The translations under genes were made by a program, and so were the position numbers. A stretch of 15,174 bases of DNA, from positions 64,001 through 79,174 of the IMG/VR virus record IMGVR_UViG_3300010368_000011. One strand, given 5' to 3'. This document shows, one piece after another, positions 7,026 through 13,659 of this stretch. This stretch comes from a virus (Duplodnaviria > Heunggongvirae > Uroviricota > Caudoviricetes). The notes under the pieces were generated by a model. The model made no database searches and was not told the origin of the DNA. It worked only from the letters and a program-made list of their open reading frames with translations. The stretch's first letter is position 1; the number at the start of each line of letters is the position of its first letter.

Positions 7026-7340
7026 ATGTTGAAAAATGATATAGCCGTTCTTAAATATATTCAAGACAATCCGCAAACATGTCGGGCCGATATCGTCACT
7101 GATACGAGTATGCCTCGATCTGATGTGGGTGCTTCGGTTGCACGCCTTTTCGGTCGTCGGTTGATTGATGAACCTATGCTTTCGACGCAACGGGTTGGTG
7201 AATTGACTATTACGCCTGCCGGTGATGAATATATCAAGTCTTATGTTCCGGTTGATGAACCGAAATGGTATACAAAAACATGGCTAATCATCGCAGGGCT
7301 AGCGGCTTTTATAATCTTTGCGATGTTAGTTATCAGATAA
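7026..7340 (+). CDS. putative winged-helix protein with C-terminal transmembrane helix (104 aa)
   Basis: GAGGA SD before ATG 7026; VLKYIQDNP..CRADIV......DVGASVARLFGRRLI...LTITPAGDEYI resembles a MarR-like wHTH; C-terminal WLIIAGLAAFIIFAMLVI is hydrophobic. Confidence 0.65.
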   Translation: MLKNDIAVLKYIQDNPQTCRADIVTDTSMPRSDVGASVARLFGRRLIDEPMLSTQRVGELTITPAGDEYIKSYVPVDEPKWYTKTWLIIAGLAAFIIFAMLVIR

Positions 7341-7351
7341 GGTAATTTATT

Positions 7352-7516
7352 ATGGCCAGAACACGAATACCGAAAAATATGCGTGTTCCTAAAGTTACTC
7401 GGCCAAAATCTAAATCATGTATTGCGTGTAACGGATCAGGCCGGTATGATCATAATGGAAGTCCACCCTGTGGTGCTTGCGGTGGTACAGGTATAGAGGA
7501 ACAGAATCATGACTAA
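7352..7516 (+). CDS. 54-aa DnaJ-type zinc-finger miniprotein (missing from the ORF track)
   Basis: Translated by hand: MARTRIPKNMRVPKVTRPKSKSCIACNGSGRYDHNGSPPCGACGGTGIEEQNHD*, two CxxCxGxG motifs. Confidence 0.78.
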   Translation: MARTRIPKNMRVPKVTRPKSKSCIACNGSGRYDHNGSPPCGACGGTGIEEQNHD

Positions 7517-7661
7517 GATTAAAAATTCCAAAAAAAGTATGAGCGTAGCTGTACCCGGTAGACCATGTGAAGATTGTGCCGGGTCGGGTATTTCCGAACA
7601 AAACCCCAATCTACCATGTGAAGCATGTGATGGAACTGGGATCGATGGCGGCAAACGATGA
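7509..7661 (+). CDS. 50-aa DnaJ-type zinc-finger miniprotein (missing from the ORF track)
   Basis: Translated by hand: MTKIKNSKKSMSVAVPGRPCEDCAGSGISEQNPNLPCEACDGTGIDGGKR*, two CxxCxGxG motifs; GAGGA SD; overlaps the previous gene by 8 nt. Confidence 0.78.
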   Translation: MTKIKNSKKSMSVAVPGRPCEDCAGSGISEQNPNLPCEACDGTGIDGGKR

Positions 7662-7810
7662 ATGGTCTATTGTTACTAATAGCGGTTTTTTGGTATTCGT
7701 TTGATGATCATCTGGCGAAGCTGCTTAATACCTCATCTATTGGACAGTTGCCCTTTTTGGTATATATCATCATCTGGTTATTTTATATCCTATGGGATGA
7801 TGATGCCTGA
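7658..7810 (+). CDS. 50-aa small membrane protein (missing from the ORF track)
   Basis: ATGA coupling to the previous gene; MNGLLLLIAVFWYSFDDHLAKLLNTSSIGQLPFLVYIIIWLFYILWDDDA*, two hydrophobic segments. Confidence 0.65.
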   Translation: MNGLLLLIAVFWYSFDDHLAKLLNTSSIGQLPFLVYIIIWLFYILWDDDA

Positions 7811-7816
7811 TAAATA
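7809..7816 (+). promoter_or_regulatory. late promoter variant GATAAATA
   Basis: 7/8 match to TATAAATA, 5 nt before ATG 7822. Confidence 0.65.
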
Positions 7817-7821
7817 ACAAT

Positions 7822-8520
7822 ATGAAACTTCAATCATTATTTGAGAATCGCGACAACCCTAATTTCCAACAATGGTTTGGTGATAGTGTCGTTGTGGACA
7901 ACACGGGTAATCCCCTGAAGGTTTATCATGGGACCGGTAATATGGCCGGGATTGATTCCTTTGATCCAAAGTATACCGGTAAAGGTGCAGATCAGCTTGG
8001 TAGTGGTTTTTATTTTACCACTAATGCGTCTGTGGCATCCGGTTATGTTGGACGCCGTTCCGTGCATGAACCCAAACAGGGTGGTGAAGATAGTCCGGGC
8101 GTTCTTCCAGTTTATTTATCAATTCAAAACCCAATTGTATTACAATTTGATGATGCCACAATTGATATCGTGGAATTGACGACATCGCAAGCTTATAAGA
8201 TTATGTTGAAATCTCCGGGGTTACGTGATCTTGATAATTCACGACTGGGTGATTGGTATGATATTTGGAGCGAAGGCATCAGCGATGCACAAATTCGCAA
8301 TGTAGCTCGTCATTATAAAAATATAATGCATCTAGAAAATGAATTCTTCGATGATCATTCCGATTTGTTCCGGCGCACGTTACATGCTGTAACTGGATAT
8401 GATGGCGTCGTTCAAAATTTTGAAGGCGATACTCATTATGTTGCATGGTTCCCAGAACAAATCAAATCTGTATTCAATTCCGGTGGATATGATAGAAACG
8501 ATCATGGTATTATGCGATGA
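7822..8520 (+). CDS. ADP-ribosyltransferase (ART-PolyVal-like, H-Y-type), 232 aa
   Basis: NFQQWFGDSVVVDNTGNPLKVYHGT...GSGFYFTT...VLPVYLSIQNP...GYDGV...YVAWFPEQIKS..N.G pattern; MKLQSLFE N-terminus. Confidence 0.78.
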   Translation: MKLQSLFENRDNPNFQQWFGDSVVVDNTGNPLKVYHGTGNMAGIDSFDPKYTGKGADQLGSGFYFTTNASVASGYVGRRSVHEPKQGGEDSPGVLPVYLSIQNPIVLQFDDATIDIVELTTSQAYKIMLKSPGLRDLDNSRLGDWYDIWSEGISDAQIRNVARHYKNIMHLENEFFDDHSDLFRRTLHAVTGYDGVVQNFEGDTHYVAWFPEQIKSVFNSGGYDRNDHGIMR

Positions 8521-9053
8521 AGTTACAGCATCTATTTGAAACTAGTTTGATTTATACACCAGAGTTTAAGAATTGGTTTGGTGATAGTAAAGTCATCAAA
8601 GTAAGAACGCCTCTAGTTGTTTATCACGGCACACCAGATGATAGAGAATTAAGAGCTACGGGTGAATTTAAATCTCACTCATGGAAATCTTCCGTCTCTC
8701 ACTTCTTTACTGATAGTCGAAGGGTCGCAAAAACATATGCAGACTGGCGGCGCGCTTTTGACCATCAGGGCGCTGAACCATCTGTATTGGCGTGTTATCT
8801 CAAACTGGAAAATCCTTTAATTGTTGATGCTGAATTCAAACGGTGGAGAGAAACAGAGAAACATATTACTACCGCAATGATAGGCGGTCATGACGGAATC
8901 ATTATTAAAAATTCATATGATGAATATCATGCAGGTCTTGATGACAATAACGGCATAGTCTCTACAGTATATTCTGTGTTTGATTCATGTAATATCAAAT
9001 CTGTTAATAATGATGGTTCTTTTGATATAGATGATCCAGATATTTTTAGTTGA
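8517..9053 (+). CDS. second ADP-ribosyltransferase (ART-PolyVal-like) paralog, 178 aa
   Basis: EFKNWFGDSKV...PLVVYHGT...HFFTDS..VAKTY...CYLKLENP...GHDGII...VYSVF...IKSVNNDG; MKLQHLFE N-terminus; ATGA coupling. Confidence 0.75.
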   Translation: MKLQHLFETSLIYTPEFKNWFGDSKVIKVRTPLVVYHGTPDDRELRATGEFKSHSWKSSVSHFFTDSRRVAKTYADWRRAFDHQGAEPSVLACYLKLENPLIVDAEFKRWRETEKHITTAMIGGHDGIIIKNSYDEYHAGLDDNNGIVSTVYSVFDSCNIKSVNNDGSFDIDDPDIFS

Positions 9054-9098
9054 CATATAGTATCTAACCGGTTATAGTATTATCAACACCGGGAGAGA
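9050..9098 (+). promoter_or_regulatory. early promoter cassette 2 with GGGAGAGA leader
   Basis: TTGACA 9050 (contains the upstream TGA stop) - N17 ending CCGGT - TATAGT 9073; GGGAGAGA 9091-9098; ATG 9103. Confidence 0.78.
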
Positions 9099-9102
9099 TA
9101 TT

Positions 9103-9372
9103 ATGGGTCGTTCGATCACACCAAAATATACTGCACGCGTCACCGTCCAAGATGGCTCTTTCACTGTTATGTGGAATGGTCGTGCCACGGATGCTCGTGC
9201 TGAAGACTACCGCAAGATGATGAACAAGTCATATCAAGCCGGTGGTTCGAATGCACACATCCGGTTGAAGAACGGCGGCATCCCACATGCTTCCAAAGTT
9301 GAAGTTCGGTTGAATGTTATCAACGGGTGTGTTGTTGCCAGTGCAACCATGCCTACCTTCGAAGCGGTTTAG
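9103..9372 (+). CDS. hypothetical early protein (89 aa)
   Basis: First gene after cassette 2; MGRSITPKY...GG.NAH pattern; function unknown. Confidence 0.8.
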   Translation: MGRSITPKYTARVTVQDGSFTVMWNGRATDARAEDYRKMMNKSYQAGGSNAHIRLKNGGIPHASKVEVRLNVINGCVVASATMPTFEAV

Positions 9373-9381
9373 GAGATTATC

Positions 9382-9867
9382 ATGCGTAAAAATATTCTCA
9401 AAGACGGTGAATGCACTGAGTGCGGTAATACCGAAGGTGAGCACAGGCGTTCTTGCACATATTTTACCACCGGTGCCCGGTTTTGTGACCTTTCGATGGG
9501 CGCAAAAGCAGCACATGTGGAAGTGAAGTTTCGAGAAAAGGTGATCGCAAACTCAAGATTGAAACCGGGTATGTTTGTGACCGCCGAAACGACTTATCGG
9601 TATGTCGTCACTAGTGAACAATTGCGCTTGATTGAGAATTATGATGCTGACCGGGGTCGTCCGACCGGTTATCCGTTGAGAGAATTGCTTTGTTTGAACG
9701 GGTACTGTGAGAGTGCTCGATATGATGGGGTTATTGGATTGATCGATGAGAACACGATTCTAATCACTCTGGAAGAGAAACACAACTGTCAATCTGTCAA
9801 GATGCTGATTGAAGACATCGTTGCGGACTATATCAAGGAAGCCACGAAGTTCTATAAGAGCAAATAA
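9382..9867 (+). CDS. hypothetical early protein with N-terminal CxxC...H...C motif (161 aa)
   Basis: AGGAG SD; CTECGNTEGEHRRSC may bind Zn. Confidence 0.75.
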   Translation: MRKNILKDGECTECGNTEGEHRRSCTYFTTGARFCDLSMGAKAAHVEVKFREKVIANSRLKPGMFVTAETTYRYVVTSEQLRLIENYDADRGRPTGYPLRELLCLNGYCESARYDGVIGLIDENTILITLEEKHNCQSVKMLIEDIVADYIKEATKFYKSK

Positions 9868-9869
9868 TA

Positions 9870-10682
9870 TTAAGACTGTCTTTTCTCGGGAATAGTTAGC
9901 TTGTAACCTTCAGGGACATATTCAAATTTTTCACCGAACGCCGGGATTTGAAGAAGGTCACCGTTCTCTTTAAAGAACTGATATAGGCTGACTGGATGAT
10001 CGTGTTCATCCATGAACTGCATGCCTTCCCACTGGAACTGCCAGCGTGCACCTTCAGACTCGCCTTTTTTGAGAATGATATAAAGATCGCCATCTTTATT
10101 ATAATGATCAAACAAACTATTATTTTTCGCCGAAGTACACCATTCGGTATTTTGTCCTAATTGGCATGCGGCATTTTCGGTGTGAGGAATGGCAACCCGC
10201 CATTTGGCGTTATCGAGCACCATCGACGCTTCACCTTTCTCAAATAATTCTGCAAAAGCATCACGCTTTGTTTCTTTATTAGATTTCACATCGGCAAACG
10301 GTGCAACTGCATCACGGAGCTGGATGTAGGTTCTGTATTTCAGGATGTCGCGCTGATCTTGTGGTAGACGTTGTTTGTGCTTGGCAAAGATTGCTAACGG
10401 TTCGGACACTTTATAAAGGTCTTCGTATCGTTGAATACCACCAGAGATATAAGTGTTCATGATCCAGTACCAGAAGTCTTTCTTAGCTGACGGATCAACT
10501 TCAAGGCACGCGTTCAAGAAATCGGTGGGTGTTTTACCAGCAGCACTATTATCGCCTTGAAGACGTTTTTCAATTCTAGAACCATTCTGTTCTAATGTTT
10601 TATCCATATCCATTCGTTTTTCAAGAACGATTTCGGATTCCTTTAAAATTGAATTGAGTTTTGATTTAATCGGATCAGCCAT
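9870..10682 (-). CDS. hypothetical late protein of the phage WCT-motif family (270 aa)
   Basis: AGGGA SD before ATG 10682 (MADPIKSKLNSILKE); motif IPHTENAACQLGQNTEWCTS...F.HY...GDLYI...RWQF...QFMDEHD; start moved from 10739. Confidence 0.78.
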   Translation of the reverse strand: MADPIKSKLNSILKESEIVLEKRMDMDKTLEQNGSRIEKRLQGDNSAAGKTPTDFLNACLEVDPSAKKDFWYWIMNTYISGGIQRYEDLYKVSEPLAIFAKHKQRLPQDQRDILKYRTYIQLRDAVAPFADVKSNKETKRDAFAELFEKGEASMVLDNAKWRVAIPHTENAACQLGQNTEWCTSAKNNSLFDHYNKDGDLYIILKKGESEGARWQFQWEGMQFMDEHDHPVSLYQFFKENGDLLQIPAFGEKFEYVPEGYKLTIPEKRQS

Positions 10683-10708
10683 GATTATCCCTAATATTGT
10701 ATGTGTCT

Positions 10709-10716
10709 TATTTATG
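10709..10716 (-). promoter_or_regulatory. late promoter variant CATAAATA (minus strand)
   Basis: Reverse complement of tatttatg, 26 nt upstream of ATG 10682. Confidence 0.55.
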
Positions 10717-10744
10717 CCTGTGGTCAAAAAGGTGATCATACCGC

Positions 10745-10772
10745 TTGATAATTTATCACAATGTTATATATT
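10745..10772 (+). promoter_or_regulatory. sigma70-type promoter with overlapping palindrome, probably driving a small RNA
   Basis: TTGATA 10745 - N16 - TATATT 10767; palindrome TGATAA-T-TTATCA at 10746-10758; no gene follows with an SD. Confidence 0.5.
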
Positions 10773-10777
10773 AACAT

Positions 10778-10884
10778 ATGAAACATGGCGTTCTTACTCC
10801 CTTTTCAACTCTAACCTAGCATACGACCAAACGAGTAGGTGTGACGCTCGTGAAGCAGAAGATCACAACACGCCATGTTTCTCA
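10778..10884 (+). ncRNA. candidate ~105-nt structured small RNA
   Basis: Perfect 12-bp terminal stem GAAACATGGCGT (10780-10791) / ACGCCATGTTTC (10870-10881) starting at the predicted TSS; interior has a pyrimidine tract with ACTCCC and possible pseudoknot pairings. Confidence 0.5.
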
Positions 10885-10890
10885 TAAATA
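10883..10890 (+). promoter_or_regulatory. late promoter variant CATAAATA
   Basis: 7/8 match to TATAAATA, 5 nt before ATG 10896. Confidence 0.65.
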
Positions 10891-10895
10891 TGTTT

Positions 10896-11777
10896 ATGAA
10901 AATTTCGGACCTATTAGAAGCTAGTCGTGTCATTCGTGGCAATGACTTCGATCAAGATGAATTTACCACAGTAGAGAAAAAGCCTAGATGGTTTGGTCTA
11001 CTGGGTAATAAAAAAATCATCACGACCCATAAAAGCACGTGGTCTTCAGATGAGAAGAACATAATTCTTAATTCTGATATAACGGATCGATTTAATAAAA
11101 TTCTTCAACGCTTCCCGATTGATGTTGATTATTTCATTGTAAATTTTCCGGCTTCTGGTCATTATCACATTGATACATTACCAAAGGGATTATCCCAATT
11201 CATCAGAAAAACTAGACGCCGCAGCGCCGTAACAATCGTGCTTGGGGGTCTGGAAGTCGAGTTACTAGATACCGATGGAAAATCAATCATCAACGTGCAT
11301 GGCAAACTGACACCATGGAGTTTCATGCACCGGTTAGCACATGAAATAATTAATGCCCAACCGAAACGAGTCCAAGACTTTGTGTGGCACCATTATCTTA
11401 CAAATGTGTGGCCACAGCTTACTATGATTATAGAAAAGTATTATGGCTTTGACTTATCCAAGGCACCAACAACATTCGTTTCAACAACCGATAGACAGCC
11501 ACCAAAAGTCGCGAACTTCTATAATGCCTTCTTCACCTTCTCTAGTGCTCGTAATAATAATATAGCGGTTGTGGATGAACTGATGACCGAAACTATCACC
11601 CAACGATATGTGACCGGTAGTATCAAATTACAAATACCTGATGAATTTCATGGTCATAAATTCAACGGTGATAGAAAAGAAGTTCAAGTTATACTTGATA
11701 AAATCACCAAGGATACTATTCGTGCTATTGATAAAGCTGCAAGAAGTTTAAAAGGTTCTACAATTATTCTTATATAG
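10896..11777 (+). CDS. hypothetical late protein with zincin-like HRxxH motif (293 aa)
   Basis: MKISDLLE N-terminus; LTPWSFMHRLAHEII with downstream ELMTETITQ; start moved from 10875. Confidence 0.78.
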   Translation: MKISDLLEASRVIRGNDFDQDEFTTVEKKPRWFGLLGNKKIITTHKSTWSSDEKNIILNSDITDRFNKILQRFPIDVDYFIVNFPASGHYHIDTLPKGLSQFIRKTRRRSAVTIVLGGLEVELLDTDGKSIINVHGKLTPWSFMHRLAHEIINAQPKRVQDFVWHHYLTNVWPQLTMIIEKYYGFDLSKAPTTFVSTTDRQPPKVANFYNAFFTFSSARNNNIAVVDELMTETITQRYVTGSIKLQIPDEFHGHKFNGDRKEVQVILDKITKDTIRAIDKAARSLKGSTIILI

Positions 11778-11780
11778 TTA

Positions 11781-11832
11781 TTGACACATGCTATTCTTCC
11801 GTTTATAACGAGTATCAGAAACGGGAGAGAAC
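11781..11832 (+). promoter_or_regulatory. early promoter cassette 3 with GGGAGAGAAC leader
   Basis: TTGACA 11781 - N17 ending CCGTT - TATAAC 11804; GGGAGAGAAC 11823-11832; ATG 11836. Confidence 0.78.
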
Positions 11833-11835
11833 AAT

Positions 11836-12033
11836 ATGTCACCTTACACCATTCAATACGAACCAACCGGTCGGTGGGGTTATGTTCGCGCGATTGTTGC
11901 GTGGAAGGGTATTGAAATTCTTCGTGGTGCATATTCTAGTAAGGAAGTGGCGGTGCTTGCTGTTAATGGAGCCATCACTAAGCATTCAGCGCCACGGTTT
12001 GAAGAAGTTCATCCAGAAGTGGTGCCCTGTTGA
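11836..12033 (+). CDS. hypothetical early protein (65 aa), weak AP2-like DNA-binding resemblance
   Basis: First gene of cassette 3; VRAIVAWKGIEILRGAYSSKEVAVLA loosely resembles the AP2 pattern. Confidence 0.72.
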   Translation: MSPYTIQYEPTGRWGYVRAIVAWKGIEILRGAYSSKEVAVLAVNGAITKHSAPRFEEVHPEVVPC

Positions 12034-12034
12034 A

Positions 12035-12229
12035 ATGACTAGAACACAAAAAGCAAGACGGTTGGGAGACGCGATGTCCGCGCTCGAAACTGAATTATTT
12101 GAAGGTCGTAAATTCATTCGGGCTGATAATGCACGATGTTTAGCAGCGTCACTTGAGTGGCTTGGTCCAAAGGATAAAGCTAGACTGTTTGATCTAATAA
12201 CATCCACTGATAATATTGTTGACAAATAG
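12035..12229 (+). CDS. hypothetical early protein (64 aa)
   Basis: ATG 1 nt after the upstream TGA; the longer 11882 start in the track overlaps the previous gene. Confidence 0.68.
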   Translation: MTRTQKARRLGDAMSALETELFEGRKFIRADNARCLAASLEWLGPKDKARLFDLITSTDNIVDK

Positions 12230-12268
12230 TATAAAACGTTTATACATAAGTCAACAACGGGAGAGAAC
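12219..12268 (+). promoter_or_regulatory. early promoter cassette 4 with GGGAGAGAAC leader
   Basis: TTGACA 12219 - N16 ending ACGTT - TATACA 12241; GGGAGAGAAC 12259-12268; ATG 12272. Confidence 0.75.
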
Positions 12269-12271
12269 ACT

Positions 12272-12697
12272 ATGACCATCAACGAATTTGACCAATCCAT
12301 TAAGACCCTCATTGCTGCTGCACATGCTGCCGGTGAAGAGGCTGCTGCTAAGTGCGTTCCAACTCCGATGATTGTTGGCACTCCGAAGACCTTCCTTGGT
12401 TCCGGTATTGATTATTCAAAGCCTGTCGAATATGTGGCCGGTGGTGTTTGCGGCTTTGCTTATATTCAGTTTTCCAAAAAGCAACGCAAGCTGTTCAATT
12501 CGTTCAAACGCTTGAACGTTGGCACTCGTGATGAATATGGTCATGCCGACTCGTATCTCGGTGGCTGGTACATGACGCCTAACGGTGCAGCACAAAGCAC
12601 TCAATCCATGGCGATCAAGGAAGATTATTGCCGGGCGTTTGCTCAAGTCATCCGTGATGCTGGTTACAGTGCTCATATGCGTAGCCGCATCGATTAA
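12272..12697 (+). CDS. conserved hypothetical phage protein (141 aa)
   Basis: GVCGFAYI...QSM.IKEDYCRAFAQVI...GYSA...SRID pattern seen in phage proteins of unknown function. Confidence 0.85.
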   Translation: MTINEFDQSIKTLIAAAHAAGEEAAAKCVPTPMIVGTPKTFLGSGIDYSKPVEYVAGGVCGFAYIQFSKKQRKLFNSFKRLNVGTRDEYGHADSYLGGWYMTPNGAAQSTQSMAIKEDYCRAFAQVIRDAGYSAHMRSRID

Positions 12698-12721
12698 TAC
12701 TAGCCCTGAAAAGGATTTATA

Positions 12722-12910
12722 ATGGCCAAGCAAACACCAATCGTAATCAATACGACGCCAAAAGCTTTCAGAAAAGAAAGCGAAGATCGTGATCAGAGTG
12801 TTATTGATGAAGTATCAGCGAACATGGATGCGTTTGCTGCATTTGGTGTGGACCAGACCACTATTGATAAATGGCAGAAAAAGCTTGATGCGGTTAAACT
12901 GATAAAATAG
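12722..12910 (+). CDS. hypothetical early protein (62 aa)
   Basis: AAAGGA SD; fills the gap before the next promoter. Confidence 0.72.
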   Translation: MAKQTPIVINTTPKAFRKESEDRDQSVIDEVSANMDAFAAFGVDQTTIDKWQKKLDAVKLIK

Positions 12911-12911
12911 T

Positions 12912-12964
12912 TTGACTTTCATAGTAATCCGTCTATATTCAATTATAGAGAAACGGGAGAGAAC
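12912..12964 (+). promoter_or_regulatory. early promoter cassette 5 with GGGAGAGAAC leader
   Basis: TTGACT 12912 - N16 ending CCGTC - TATATT 12934; GGGAGAGAAC 12955-12964; ATG 12968. Confidence 0.75.
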
Positions 12965-12967
12965 AAC

Positions 12968-13258
12968 ATGTTTGCACTTCGCTCAAAGACCACCGGAAAC
13001 TTCGCATCATGGGATGTCAATGCTGTTGAGCATTCGGAGCGGTTCTATGACGATTTCCTCACATCGACCCGCAATGAGTTCACGCTCTCGAATCAAATGA
13101 CAACCACTCAGCTCTGGTTGGCAGATTCGGAAGAACAGGCAAACTTCGTCATGCATAATTCCGGCAACGGTGCATATGATGAACCGTTCAATCCATACTA
13201 TAATCCAGACGGTGACAACACCGAATGGGAAGTTGTTGAAATCGTCATGCCCGCATAA
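12968..13258 (+). CDS. hypothetical early protein (96 aa)
   Basis: First gene of cassette 5. Confidence 0.8.
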   Translation: MFALRSKTTGNFASWDVNAVEHSERFYDDFLTSTRNEFTLSNQMTTTQLWLADSEEQANFVMHNSGNGAYDEPFNPYYNPDGDNTEWEVVEIVMPA

Positions 13259-13265
13259 TCAAGAC

Positions 13266-13316
13266 TTGACTTGCATAACAATCCGTATATAAGTTATATC
13301 AACATTGGGAGAGAAC
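13266..13316 (+). promoter_or_regulatory. early promoter cassette 6 with GGGAGAGAAC leader
   Basis: TTGACT 13266 - N16 ending CCGTA - TATAAG 13288; GGGAGAGAAC 13307-13316; ATG 13320. Confidence 0.75.
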
Positions 13317-13319
13317 ATC

Positions 13320-13631
13320 ATGGGTTATCGCACCGTAGTAATGCTTAGTAATGATCGGGCACACGAGTGGGCCAACGATCCTGAGTTGGGCCAGAAGATC
13401 AACCTTGCGATGAATAGTGTTGGTCACAAAGAACGCAGTGATCTTGGTTATGGTCGTGTTGTTGAATGCGTCCATGCTGATACCGTCACACTGGCGACCC
13501 TCAATTTTTATGAAGGGTTTTCGCCTCTGGCCTATACCGGGTATACGGATAAAAATCCTGAAGTGAACCTTCTGAAGCAAGCTGCCGACTCTCTCGGTTA
13601 TCGTCTTGTCAAGAAAAGTGTCAAGAAGTAA
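13320..13631 (+). CDS. conserved hypothetical phage protein (103 aa)
   Basis: MGYRTVVMLSND...DPELG...VVECVHAD pattern; start moved from 13305 to match the leader motif. Confidence 0.8.
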   Translation: MGYRTVVMLSNDRAHEWANDPELGQKINLAMNSVGHKERSDLGYGRVVECVHADTVTLATLNFYEGFSPLAYTGYTDKNPEVNLLKQAADSLGYRLVKKSVKK

Positions 13632-13659
13632 TCTGGTTTAATCTCTTATTAGGATAACG

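Noticed and set aside
9241-9256. GGTTCGAAT resembling a tRNA T-loop
   Set aside because: Inside a coding region, with no flanking T-stem, acceptor stem or CCA.
10778-10884. Identity as SRP (4.5S) RNA or 6S RNA
   Set aside because: GAAGCAG is present, but the SRP helix-8 GNRA tetraloop context is not; it is too short and lacks the central-bubble rod of 6S. Kept as an unassigned candidate.
10654-10887. 77-aa plus-strand ORF across the intergenic region
   Set aside because: Overlaps the start of the minus-strand gene and two promoters; no SD.
11882-12034. Upstream extension of the 11882..12229 ORF
   Set aside because: Overlaps the 11836 gene, which has the conserved leader; ATG 12035 directly follows its stop.
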